A DNA stretch of 43,523 nucleotides from a virus (lineage: Duplodnaviria > Caudoviricetes): IMG/VR virus record IMGVR_UViG_3300031577_000005, positions 1 through 43,523 of that record, one strand, 5' to 3'. Below the pieces are notes generated by a model that ran no database searches, was not told the origin of the DNA, and worked only from the letters and a program-made list of their open reading frames with translations. The position numbers were made by a program, and so were the translations under genes. Below are positions 1 through 8,755 of the stretch, one piece after another. How positions within the stretch are numbered: position 1 is the first letter of the stretch; every line of letters begins with the position of its first letter.

Positions 1-733
1 CAGTCAAAACACTAATCAAGCTTGAAATTACAATACTCTTGATAGACACTAGCACGGCCTTTTCCATGTTATCCCGAACCTTAACCCACAACGAGGAAGT
101 GGAATCAATTTCGGTTTCTAGCTCGGTTATAACAGTGGCTACGGCTTCGGTTGAAGCATCACTAATTAGATCGGACAACTCGCTCAGTACAGCGGTGATG
201 ACACTAGTCACGGCGCTGGCAGTTGTTGCGACAAGGGTAATAGTTCCGGTTACAGTATCGCCAGCCTCTACCGTCACGGTAGCAGTATTAGAGGTATAAC
301 CGTCCAGCGTTGCGGTAAAGGTCTGGCTCCCAGCCACCAAGTTGCTAAAGGTTGCAGTACCATCGGTGCCGGTAGTAGCAGTAGTGGTCACATCGCTAAT
401 TGTTACGCTGACCGTTGCACCGGGCAACACCGTTTCAGCACTATTTTGGACTGTGATGGTGACAGCTCCGGTTGAAGTCGTTTCAGTATCGGCAAACCTC
501 TGTAAATTAAAATTCGTTTTCATAGAAAAACACATCCTTTTAATATTTTTTTTTGTCCACCGCAATAAACGGGCGATGGTCCGTAAACCAAACGGAACGG
601 CTTTAGCCGCCTCCGCTTCGATCACATTAATAATCGCCACCCTTGCGGCCTGTAGTTCAGCCTGCACTGGTGGCGACTCAGCGAGTTTTATGAGGTATGG
701 TAATACCTGTTTTTCAATTTCATCTATATCCAT
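1..733 (-). CDS. Ig-like/carboxypeptidase-regulatory-like domain protein, 3' end off the window; probable internal start at 523 (MKTNFNLQRFADTETTSTGAVTITVQ...)
   Basis: Hand-translated; absent from the ORF track because it has no stop in the window. ATG 733 (SD AGGGGG) is in frame with ATG 523 (SD AAGGATGTG). LPGATVSV..TTGTDGTATFSNL..G...TATLDGY is a typical CarboxypepD_reg/Big-like pattern. Confidence 0.75.
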   Translation of the reverse strand, partial: MDIDEIEKQVLPYLIKLAESPPVQAELQAARVAIINVIEAEAAKAVPFGLRTIARLLRWTKKNIKRMCFSMKTNFNLQRFADTETTSTGAVTITVQNSAETVLPGATVSVTISDVTTTATTGTDGTATFSNLVAGSQTFTATLDGYTSNTATVTVEAGDTVTGTITLVATTASAVTSVITAVLSELSDLISDASTEAVATVITELETEIDSTSSLWVKVRDNMEKAVLVSIKSIVISSLISVLT

Positions 734-735
734 GG

Positions 736-1479
736 CTACCCCCTGCTTGTCCAGCAATCACTGGCGTATTTATCGTAGTAGTCATAAGGTAGGTAAAAGT
801 AGCCCAAGTCTCCGAAAGTTATCCCCCAGCTATTCCTTACTATTAGCTGACTCTTGTCATCGTCATAGCCCACTACTAAAACCGCATGGCCTCCAAGTAA
901 TTCTTCTTTTGAAGTGTCCGGCATGGGCACTATTCCAGTATTATCTACCTCGTCAGATTCAAAGGACTCGTATACGTCAATGCCTATCACGACCGGCAAC
1001 CCTTCTGCCAAAGCCGCTTTAAGTTGTGCAAGCGAAGTAATACGGTGGTATTCAGCAACTTTGTACGGTGCTGCATCGGCAACCATTTTATCAGTTGGCG
1101 GATTAGTGAATGTGGAAATATCATAGGGCCAGTCAGTCTCAGGGCACACGCCAATTTGATTCAGTACCTTCATACCATCCCGGATCATCGCGCCGCTATC
1201 TTGGCTGACGGAATCTTCCATCAAACGTTCCTGGTAGTACAGAAATAGCCGCGACAAGGCCAGCCACTTAATTTCCTTGTTAATGAGAAGATACTCTCTC
1301 AAGCCGCTGACAATTGCATTAGCGGTGCAGCTGCCTAGCTCCCCTTGGTTGACTACTGCACTACATTTCTTCCGCAGGTCCACACTGGCCGGCAAGTGAG
1401 TTTCTTTCTTAAAAGCGGATGAACAAAAAATATGATCTCGTAAATCTGTGGTATCTTTTTTTAGTAGGTATTTACGCAT
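736..1479 (-). CDS. Papain-like C1A cysteine peptidase
   Basis: QGELGSC (oxyanion Gln and catalytic Cys), GGHAVLVVGY (His), VRNSWG (Asn); SD AAGGAG. Confidence 0.93.
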   Translation of the reverse strand: MRKYLLKKDTTDLRDHIFCSSAFKKETHLPASVDLRKKCSAVVNQGELGSCTANAIVSGLREYLLINKEIKWLALSRLFLYYQERLMEDSVSQDSGAMIRDGMKVLNQIGVCPETDWPYDISTFTNPPTDKMVADAAPYKVAEYHRITSLAQLKAALAEGLPVVIGIDVYESFESDEVDNTGIVPMPDTSKEELLGGHAVLVVGYDDDKSQLIVRNSWGITFGDLGYFYLPYDYYDKYASDCWTSRG

Positions 1480-1495
1480 AGAATCACTCCTTATT

Positions 1496-1529
1496 AAAAA
1501 TAAAAGCCGTCTGTCTTAATAACAGCGGC
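1496..1529 (-). terminator. Rho-independent terminator between amidase and C1A peptidase
   Basis: Minus strand GCCGCTGT-TATTAAG-ACAG(A)CGGC followed by TTTTATTTTT. Confidence 0.65.
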
Positions 1530-1534
1530 CAATA

Positions 1535-2083
1535 CTAACCATTATGCAAATACCAAATCGCTTTACCTCTTAATAGTCCGCCGCCGGATCCAGGCGCATC
1601 CTTTGCACGCGCCACCCAAAAATCCCAGCGCTCTACTGAGTTCGCCGGGCCATACTTTCCATCAGGGTACCCGTTCGGCTCATAGCCTGGATTTAAACCG
1701 TCCATATTATCAGCAGCTTCGGCGTGAGTCATGAAGTGCTGAATGTCAATCGGCAATTCTAGCTCATCACTAAGTACAGCTATTACCTGGGCTATCGCCT
1801 CGATCTGCGCATCAGTCGGCGGCTCTGGCCCAAGATCAGTGGTAGAGTGGGCCTGATACGCACACAGCGCCCCGATCGCCACCGTCCCAGTGTTACGCAT
1901 ATAGGTGTGATTCAAATGGGTTGTAAGGTCGTCTACAGTGGCATAGAGTGAACCGTCTTTATCAATCAGAATGTGATAGTCAGGAAACTGCTGGCCGTAG
2001 TGCCCGGCTGTCCAGTGAATATAAACATGATCTATATTACCCTTTGCCGCTTGTGCTAGTTTTCTAATATCAGCCAGTTGCAT
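1535..2083 (-). CDS. Endolysin, N-acetylmuramoyl-L-alanine amidase (Amidase_2-like)
   Basis: YIHWTAG, DYHILID, HLNHT..RN, MTHAE zinc-amidase motifs; start ATG 2083 after AGGAGGTG; lies next to the holin. Confidence 0.88.
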   Translation of the reverse strand: MQLADIRKLAQAAKGNIDHVYIHWTAGHYGQQFPDYHILIDKDGSLYATVDDLTTHLNHTYMRNTGTVAIGALCAYQAHSTTDLGPEPPTDAQIEAIAQVIAVLSDELELPIDIQHFMTHAEAADNMDGLNPGYEPNGYPDGKYGPANSVERWDFWVARAKDAPGSGGGLLRGKAIWYLHNG

Positions 2084-2088
2084 TGTTC

Positions 2089-2250
2089 TCACCTCCTAAG
2101 TATTTTTTTGCCTAAATAAACAATTTGCAAGGCAAGATATATCACGGTAAGAATATAAACCCAATCTGCTAATTGAATGTTCAAAAACGTTAAGGTCGAC
2201 ACAGTAACAGGGATACTAGACTGTTTAACAGCCTCATTTATTTCACTCAC
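2089..2250 (-). CDS. Holin (53 aa, resembles the T7 gp17.5 type)
   Basis: Hand-translated MSEINEAVKQSSIPVTVSTLTFLNIQLADWVYILTVIYLALQIVYLGKKILRR; GTG start after GGGAGG; hydrophobic helix plus basic tail; directly upstream of the endolysin. Confidence 0.8.
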   Translation of the reverse strand: MSEINEAVKQSSIPVTVSTLTFLNIQLADWVYILTVIYLALQIVYLGKKILRR

Positions 2251-2279
2251 ATCGTCTGCCCCTCCCTATAAAATCACAT

Positions 2280-2300
2280 TAAAAAAACCGCTATTAGCGG
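2280..2300 (-). terminator. Rho-independent terminator upstream of holin
   Basis: CCGCTAATAGCGG followed by a T7 run on the minus strand. Confidence 0.6.
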
Positions 2301-2330
2301 CATGGTTCACGTGGCATATTAATCATCCAA

Positions 2331-2360
2331 AATAAAAATAGCCGCCTCAAGGCAGCTATC
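2331..2360 (-). terminator. Rho-independent terminator after acyltransferase
   Basis: ATAGCTGCC-TTGA-GGCGGCTAT-TTTTATT on the minus strand. Confidence 0.75.
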
Positions 2361-2370
2361 TTTATACATA

Positions 2371-3348
2371 CTATTTTGCTATTTGAATTGCATGAGTACC
2401 AAACGGCCAGCGATAAATAAATGTTTTTTCTAACCAAACAACTGATAACACTGGCAATCCAATGCCAAAAGCTGTTTCGAAAATGATATGTGTTGTTGAA
2501 TCATATAATCCGACTTTATTCAAAAGCAGTCGAATAGTAACAGTACACAAAACATGTGAAAGATATATAGGCATTGATATGCTTCCTAAGTATTTAAGAG
2601 CCGATAAAATATTATACTTCGCAATTTTCATAGAACAACCTATAGTAAAAGCAATCCCCAACAAGGCAATCACAAATTTTATAAATGATGTGTTTATCCC
2701 TTGTAAATATATCACCTCAACACCGACAAACAACACGGTTATTATTGGGAATATCCAAGGGTTCATACTTTTAAGCATGTTTTCTACATTGTATTTAGAA
2801 TAAGCTGCGCCAATTATAAAAAAGATGAACATATAAAATATGCTTTTAATTACTTGTACATCGGGAAGATCGCGATATGCGAATGCTATTGCAGTTATTA
2901 TGAGGCATCCCATCAAGTTTTTATCTTTTTTATACGCTAATGAAAAAGCGCAGAAGCAAATAAATAGAACGTATACAAACCAATACTGGTATATAGGTTG
3001 ATAAGGAATTGCCAAAAGGTCTGAAATGCTTACTGGATTTTGAATAGTCATTTTAGAAGATAAAAAACAGCGAATGCTTCCTTCGAATATCGACCATATA
3101 AAGTAAGGATACAGCAGCCTTTTTGCTTTGTTTAGTATAAAATTAGTTGTTGTTTCTTTTTCAACACTTTTTATTACAAAAAGGCCAGCCAAAAAGAAAA
3201 ATAACGGCATATGAAAACTATATATAAATCTTGCGGCAAGATGTGCGGCAGCCCCATTACTACTATTCAATAATACATGGCCAAGAACAACTAATATTAT
3301 CCCAATGCCCTTTGCGTAATCCACCCAAACTACTCTACCCATAAACAC
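2371..3348 (-). CDS. Acyltransferase-3 family membrane O-acyltransferase (moron)
   Basis: R..WVDYAKGIGIILVVLGH, FHMPLFFFLAG, KAKRLLYPY, YWF, SMPIYLSH; about 10 TM helices; AT-rich; own promoter and terminator. Start is GTG 3348 or ATG 3342. Confidence 0.92.
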   Translation of the reverse strand: MFMGRVVWVDYAKGIGIILVVLGHVLLNSSNGAAAHLAARFIYSFHMPLFFFLAGLFVIKSVEKETTTNFILNKAKRLLYPYFIWSIFEGSIRCFLSSKMTIQNPVSISDLLAIPYQPIYQYWFVYVLFICFCAFSLAYKKDKNLMGCLIITAIAFAYRDLPDVQVIKSIFYMFIFFIIGAAYSKYNVENMLKSMNPWIFPIITVLFVGVEVIYLQGINTSFIKFVIALLGIAFTIGCSMKIAKYNILSALKYLGSISMPIYLSHVLCTVTIRLLLNKVGLYDSTTHIIFETAFGIGLPVLSVVWLEKTFIYRWPFGTHAIQIAK

Positions 3349-3379
3349 TAGCCTCCTATTTTATATATTCATATTTATC

Positions 3380-3404
3380 ATTCCCCCTTTTTTCGTTACT
3401 TCCT
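3380..3404 (-). promoter_or_regulatory. SigH-like promoter of the acyltransferase moron
   Basis: AGGA-N17-GAAT about 30 nt upstream of the start codon. Confidence 0.55.
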
Positions 3405-3512
3405 GTTTAAATTTGTAAATTTTGTTATAAATTGATATTATGATTTAATATTTAACAACCTGTTAAGGTATCATGGCCCCATTGGGAAAATTCGTTGCAG
3501 ATTCATCTACTA

Positions 3513-3794
3513 TTAACTTTCTAATACATCAGTGGCAACCGAAAATGTATCGCTTGTTTTTAACTCAGTATACCCATACGTCAAAATGTTTTCTGTACTT
3601 GTTAAGTCATAATCAAAGGTAAAAATTTTTTCCCAAAAAGGTAAGGTGGAACCATCCTTGCTTGCTGTTCTACTAACCCATGCCTTTACGTCAAGCGAAA
3701 CGACTGTACCATTCCCTTGATAGGTGTCAATTTTAAAATAGGCATTTTCTGCCGACAAACCATTGTCTAAGGTAATTGTTTGCTGTAATCCCAT
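3513..3794 (-). CDS. Small protein downstream of the tailspike (possible fiber chaperone/assembly protein)
   Basis: ATG 3794 after AAGGAGGTG; function inferred from position only. Confidence 0.6.
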   Translation of the reverse strand: MGLQQTITLDNGLSAENAYFKIDTYQGNGTVVSLDVKAWVSRTASKDGSTLPFWEKIFTFDYDLTSTENILTYGYTELKTSDTFSVATDVLES

Positions 3795-3807
3795 TTTTTC
3801 ACCTCCT

Positions 3808-6800
3808 TTACATTGCGGTTGTTCTGGAAACCTCATACCAAGTTCCGTTATAACATATCAAATCAATCACATATACTGCGCCAGAGGTTGTCCCTGTCGC
3901 CAAAGTTCCTGTAGTTTTGAAATTTGTACTAAATGTTAAGGTATACGTGGCTGTCCCTGATGTAGTAATGATTAATTTTGCGCTCTGTCCATTAAAACCA
4001 CCACTAGCTATTAAAGATGTGGCAGACGTTGGGGTTAATGTATAAACTTTCGCCTTTGTAAAATCAACCGTAATTGATGAACTAGCCGATAATGCTGAAT
4101 ATCCACTTGGTTCTATTAAATTGATTCCTTTCCAAGTCCCTGGCGTTCCCGCAGAAATACATTTCCATTTTTCAAATGAGCCTATAGCCGGAGAAGTATT
4201 AATTACCTCATCATTTAATGCCCAAGCTATTCCTGTAGTATTGGTGGGTGCCGCTGTTCCGTATACAACGTGATTACCGCTCCCATAGCTAGATTTATAG
4301 ATTCTTGCTGCACTAGTTATGCCAGTAATGTAATTATTGAGGTTAGTTGAGTTTCCATAATCATGCAAAATTGTCTTGCTGTTAGAATCAAAATTATCTA
4401 GATAGAATGAATATGCGCCAGAGCAATTTATCATGTCATTACCACTTGCAGTTACTTCGATAGTTGTTGCGCTCTGAGCTGTTTTTAGTATAACTCCTGC
4501 AATAGTTGGCCCTACGGGTGACGTAGTATCTGTTTCAATTGCACCTGTTCCAGCGTATTTAAATGAATTACCGCAAATTGTTCCTCTTGTATAAACTGTG
4601 CTTTTAAGCATTTGCGTAACATAAATATGACTACCGCCAAAATAATCACAAGTCTTTGAACCGCCAGAGAGAAACCTGTTTCCATTGATATTGAATGAAC
4701 AAAGTTCACCTTCGCCAATTACTATGATATGTCCATAATAATTAACATCAAAATTGATATTCGAAATGTTAATACCATAGGTATTATGCAATACTATCCC
4801 TTTAGCGTTCCACTCGACTTTTCCACCGGTTATATTAGTATTTCCAGTATAAGAATCAAGGACTATGCCAGCACCTGAATAGTAATCATTACCCTCATAA
4901 GATTTATAACTTGTATTTACCCAGTTATTAGCAAGTGTACTATCTCCACTCCCAACCCCAAAGTAAATGCCAACATATGATGAGTTAGTAACTGTGTTTT
5001 TTTCTACATCCATTTGCCCCGCATTTTCCGTCTTTATCCCAATATAGCAACCATCAATATAACAACCATCTACAGTATTACCACTCCATAGCCTTTTGTG
5101 ATAATCTGATCTTTCACCAAACTCAATACCCGATGCTCTACTATTTCCAAGTAGCCTCATATAGTAAATCCCAGTATATTTTGCATGTCTACAGTCGAGC
5201 ATAGGTTCTTCCGAGTCAGAAAATGTACTCAACGCATATAATATAGATGAGCCACTTCCCAATCCATTATTTACGCCAACGAAAGATATTTTTGCTACAG
5301 AAGTATAAGAAGGGTTAGAATTTAGGACTATTGGAGAACTAAGTCCATAAACGCCAGATGGAAAAAATACACAACCTCCACCATTAGCAACAGCCGCATC
5401 GGTGGCTTTTTGGATAGCAGCCGTATCATCTCCCCACGTTCCTTCTGCGCCATAATCTTTCACATTAAATAAACCTAATTCTGTATAATTAGGTTTAATA
5501 GTTCTTGTATCTGTTATTCGTTTACTAGGAATAATTGTTGCACCAGCTACAACCTCGACATTCGCTAGTGATAATGCACCACTTGGCAATGTTGGTGCAG
5601 TGGCTGTTGTTGCTGTACTTGTGGTAACCGTTCCACTTGTAATCGCCCCTGTTCCTGTACCAGTAAGATTAGTAACCGAGGCAACTAATGGGGTACTGTT
5701 ATGTCCTGCATCTGTTTCTGTCAAGGTAAAAGTCGCTCCAGAATAGGAAACAGTGTAAAAATTAGTAACAGCTGAATTTGCGCTTAGCGCAATATAAATA
5801 TTAGCTACTGTGTCGGAAATTGAAGAACCCACAGCAAAATCTGAGCTATCAGTTGTGCTATTAGTTGCAGTTAAAGTTGCTCCCCCGACTAAAATTTTAT
5901 CGGGGGCTGTGCTGGTTGCAGTTAAGCTCTTAGTTATAACTCCTGTTCCGGTAATAGTTGGTCCTCCAGGGTTTCTTCCTCCACCTGCTGATGTTTCTGT
6001 GATTGTTATTACTCCTGAACTAACAGTTACAGTATAAAAATCTGTTATTGTAGCGTTAGCATTTAAAGCGGTAGCAAGATTTGCCATAGAATCAGCTATG
6101 GTTGAGCCGACAACAAAATCCGTGCTATCCTGAGTTGCGGTAGTTGCAGTAAAGGTTACTCCCTCAATCCGCACCGTGTCGCCGGATACGAAATTAGTTG
6201 TTAATGTATAAGTTGCCACCCCTGCTACTGCTACTTGGAAATTTGACGTTACTGTATAAGTTCTTGATCCTGCCACGCCCGCCGTGCCAAGAGTGCCAGC
6301 TTTATAGGTTATTTCGCCCACAGAATTTAGATATATCAAATCAATTCGTACTTTCGTACTGTCGGCAGCATTTATTGCTTGGGATGATTTTGCTGAAGGA
6401 TCAAAACGCAAACCGCTTGACATATGTGCAACGCCTGATGATATGGAGACGGTCATATCTGCTGTAGATTGGGCCGAAACTTTAAGTCCTGAGATTATGC
6501 CGTAGCCAGTTGATTCATACATGGTATCGCCAGTAGGGATGGAATACCACGAAGACCAAGAACTACCGTCATATGTTTCATAAAAAACGGCACCCGTTGT
6601 ATAATCAGTAGCAGTTTGATAGACATGCGTACCATCAACTTTAATATCAAGATAAAATAAGTGATTGCTCTCCGGCGCATTTGTTTGACCAGCAGCCGTT
6701 GTTATATAGTAACCGGCAAGTTTCTGATCATGAAAATCTTCTGAGAAAGATAATGCATTAGTAATGCTTGGATTATATTCATTTGTTGGTCCATAACCAT

Positions 6801-6882
6801 TAGCTAACGCCGCACTAGTGGCAATGGGTGCAAACAGAAGCAATATGGCTAATATGACTGATAATAGTTTTTGTTTTAACAT
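3808..6882 (-). CDS. Tailspike/depolymerase-like protein with a pectate-lyase-3 beta-helix, knob domain and N-terminal signal-peptide-like leader
   Basis: FNVKDYGA.G..DDTAAIQKA......GG.VFFPSGVY followed by Asn-ladder beta-helix repeats; knob-like segment ending YDGSSWSSW; ATG 6882 after AAGGAG. Confidence 0.85.
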   Translation of the reverse strand: MLKQKLLSVILAILLLFAPIATSAALANGYGPTNEYNPSITNALSFSEDFHDQKLAGYYITTAAGQTNAPESNHLFYLDIKVDGTHVYQTATDYTTGAVFYETYDGSSWSSWYSIPTGDTMYESTGYGIISGLKVSAQSTADMTVSISSGVAHMSSGLRFDPSAKSSQAINAADSTKVRIDLIYLNSVGEITYKAGTLGTAGVAGSRTYTVTSNFQVAVAGVATYTLTTNFVSGDTVRIEGVTFTATTATQDSTDFVVGSTIADSMANLATALNANATITDFYTVTVSSGVITITETSAGGGRNPGGPTITGTGVITKSLTATSTAPDKILVGGATLTATNSTTDSSDFAVGSSISDTVANIYIALSANSAVTNFYTVSYSGATFTLTETDAGHNSTPLVASVTNLTGTGTGAITSGTVTTSTATTATAPTLPSGALSLANVEVVAGATIIPSKRITDTRTIKPNYTELGLFNVKDYGAEGTWGDDTAAIQKATDAAVANGGGCVFFPSGVYGLSSPIVLNSNPSYTSVAKISFVGVNNGLGSGSSILYALSTFSDSEEPMLDCRHAKYTGIYYMRLLGNSRASGIEFGERSDYHKRLWSGNTVDGCYIDGCYIGIKTENAGQMDVEKNTVTNSSYVGIYFGVGSGDSTLANNWVNTSYKSYEGNDYYSGAGIVLDSYTGNTNITGGKVEWNAKGIVLHNTYGINISNINFDVNYYGHIIVIGEGELCSFNINGNRFLSGGSKTCDYFGGSHIYVTQMLKSTVYTRGTICGNSFKYAGTGAIETDTTSPVGPTIAGVILKTAQSATTIEVTASGNDMINCSGAYSFYLDNFDSNSKTILHDYGNSTNLNNYITGITSAARIYKSSYGSGNHVVYGTAAPTNTTGIAWALNDEVINTSPAIGSFEKWKCISAGTPGTWKGINLIEPSGYSALSASSSITVDFTKAKVYTLTPTSATSLIASGGFNGQSAKLIITTSGTATYTLTFSTNFKTTGTLATGTTSGAVYVIDLICYNGTWYEVSRTTAM

Positions 6883-6883
6883 C

Positions 6884-7462
6884 TTAAACCGCTCCTTGCC
6901 AATATACTGATGAACCGCTATTGTCTGCGTCAACGCTCAGCGCTGATAAATTGCTTACAGGCCATGCAATGGAGTCACCGGGCTTTAGTGGAATAACGCT
7001 TGCTTTCGCTCCTGCCGATGGAAAGACATAAGCATATCCAGTATTATTCGGATTCGCAATAACAGTTACACCACTACCTAAAGCCTGGCTACCAAGACTT
7101 ACCGCAGTGCCTGCCGTTGAGACGGTTACCTTACCCGCCTTTGCAGTACAATACCCTGCAGGCGGGGCTGAGCTAATAGTCACGCGGCCAATTGAGGCAG
7201 TACTCGTTCCTAAAACAATGCTATTTTCAAGTACAACCGGCAATTTACCATTTGAATCTAAAGTTAATACATTTCCATTTTCATCCATTACCATAGTGTA
7301 TCCTGGATTAGACGATGTCAAGAGAGGATTACCGCTATAATCATAAAGCACCACGTGCATACCGCCGTTGGCGCTTTTTAACTTTTCAAAGGCATTTGTA
7401 ATACTTGAATATGCTTGTGGTAGCGGAATGTCATTAGAATCGAGCAATAACGTTAAAGACAT
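6884..7462 (-). CDS. Putative tail fiber-associated structural protein
   Basis: Good SD (AAGGAGG); beta-rich, Gly/Ser-rich; lies between the two fiber genes. Confidence 0.6.
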   Translation of the reverse strand: MSLTLLLDSNDIPLPQAYSSITNAFEKLKSANGGMHVVLYDYSGNPLLTSSNPGYTMVMDENGNVLTLDSNGKLPVVLENSIVLGTSTASIGRVTISSAPPAGYCTAKAGKVTVSTAGTAVSLGSQALGSGVTVIANPNNTGYAYVFPSAGAKASVIPLKPGDSIAWPVSNLSALSVDADNSGSSVYWQGAV

Positions 7463-7481
7463 AAAAATCAGCCTCCTTTGC

Positions 7482-8744
7482 TCAATATTTGATTATGTAA
7501 TTTAATACAATATACGGCGGCATATTATTATGCGCCCCGTCACCGCCTGTTGAATCTGATGTAATTGAGGTTGATCCGCAATCAATTGGGTCTTCAGACC
7601 AACCATAAACTTCGCTTGAATTGTCGCCTTTCTTGATTTCAGCGGTAACTGTATGCGTATGTGCAGGCATTTCATCAGTTGTCAACGTATGTGTCGAGTC
7701 CCCACCAGTTGCCGCCAGCGTAGCATAGGTTGACCCCAGTCCCAAAATAAATTTGTCAGCACAGTCCGGCAGATTAAAGGTTGTACTGCCATCGCCGGTA
7801 CCGTAGATGGTGCCGATAACGGCATATAATGCGGCATAACTCGTTCGGGATACCACCGAGCCGTCACACAATAAATATCCTGACGGAGCAGAACTGCCGG
7901 AATAAGCAAGTATTGTTCCCGTTGGGTTTGCAGATAAAGAAACAGCCGCTAACGTTGTATCCGGGGTGGAAGCCCAAACCGATTCACCCGTGATTGACTT
8001 TAACATGTACCCGATCATGCCTAGTAAATTAGTCAATGTATTGGAGGCATCCACAGCAATTAGCGTATCATCAATTGTTCGATTACCTATCTTGGCATCG
8101 GTAACAGCCGCTGCCGCTATTTTAGCTGTTGTTACTGAACTATCAGGATGGTCAATCGGTGTCGCTGACTGGTGCGCTTCAAATGCCGTTGCAGTCGCCG
8201 CACCAATTTGAGCGGCGGTAACGTCATGCGGATTATTCATATTGGCAATATGTGCCACTAAGTCTTCAAATTCTGTTACTACATCGTAACCAAAAAACGT
8301 TACCCGTGTTCGCAAGTCGCTAAAATCCGAATCCGAAACAGAGGTAGCGTTCGCCGCAATATAAACGGCATATAAGGCAACTGAATTACCATCCGCATCG
8401 GGCTGGGATGGTATAGCGGCTGCCGTTCCTTCGACAATGGTTATGTCGCCGTAGCCGCTACCGTCTGAGCCAACCGCTCCAACTTGGATTAGGTCGATTC
8501 TTGGGTTAGTCGTATCAGCATCCGAAAAGGTTAATGTTTCGCTTCCTTCTTCACATATCCGATATCCGCCCGTCCAAGCTGTCCCAATACCAATCGTTAC
8601 CGTCATATCCGGTGTCGATGGAAATACTAAGTCAAAATCAGTACTGGGATCAACAACACCTGAGCCGAGAAAGTCGGCTGCCCTGGCATTTGGTTCCTCA
8701 GCTCCGTATTTTTGCAAATTAAAATAACTGCATGTTATAGACAT
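7482..8744 (-). CDS. Tail fiber protein with phage tail-collar domain
   Basis: PTGTILAY....PSGYLLCDG..VSRT.YA.LY.VIGT.YG.GDG.TTFNLPD; EMPAHTH; HNNMPPY...YIIK; H..N..NPH.VT repeat. Confidence 0.9.
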   Translation of the reverse strand: MSITCSYFNLQKYGAEEPNARAADFLGSGVVDPSTDFDLVFPSTPDMTVTIGIGTAWTGGYRICEEGSETLTFSDADTTNPRIDLIQVGAVGSDGSGYGDITIVEGTAAAIPSQPDADGNSVALYAVYIAANATSVSDSDFSDLRTRVTFFGYDVVTEFEDLVAHIANMNNPHDVTAAQIGAATATAFEAHQSATPIDHPDSSVTTAKIAAAAVTDAKIGNRTIDDTLIAVDASNTLTNLLGMIGYMLKSITGESVWASTPDTTLAAVSLSANPTGTILAYSGSSAPSGYLLCDGSVVSRTSYAALYAVIGTIYGTGDGSTTFNLPDCADKFILGLGSTYATLAATGGDSTHTLTTDEMPAHTHTVTAEIKKGDNSSEVYGWSEDPIDCGSTSITSDSTGGDGAHNNMPPYIVLNYIIKY

Positions 8745-8755
8745 ATTTTCCCTCC

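Noticed and set aside
39-1248. Plus-strand ORFs (39-299, 342-1022, 914-1126, 1024-1248) and the many other plus-strand ORFs in the track
   Set aside because: Antisense shadows of well-supported minus-strand genes; no motifs or convincing RBS.
3513-8744. Diversity-generating retroelement or invertible fiber shufflon
   Set aside because: No reverse transcriptase, no TR/VR pair noticed, and no inverted fiber cassettes or adjacent invertase.
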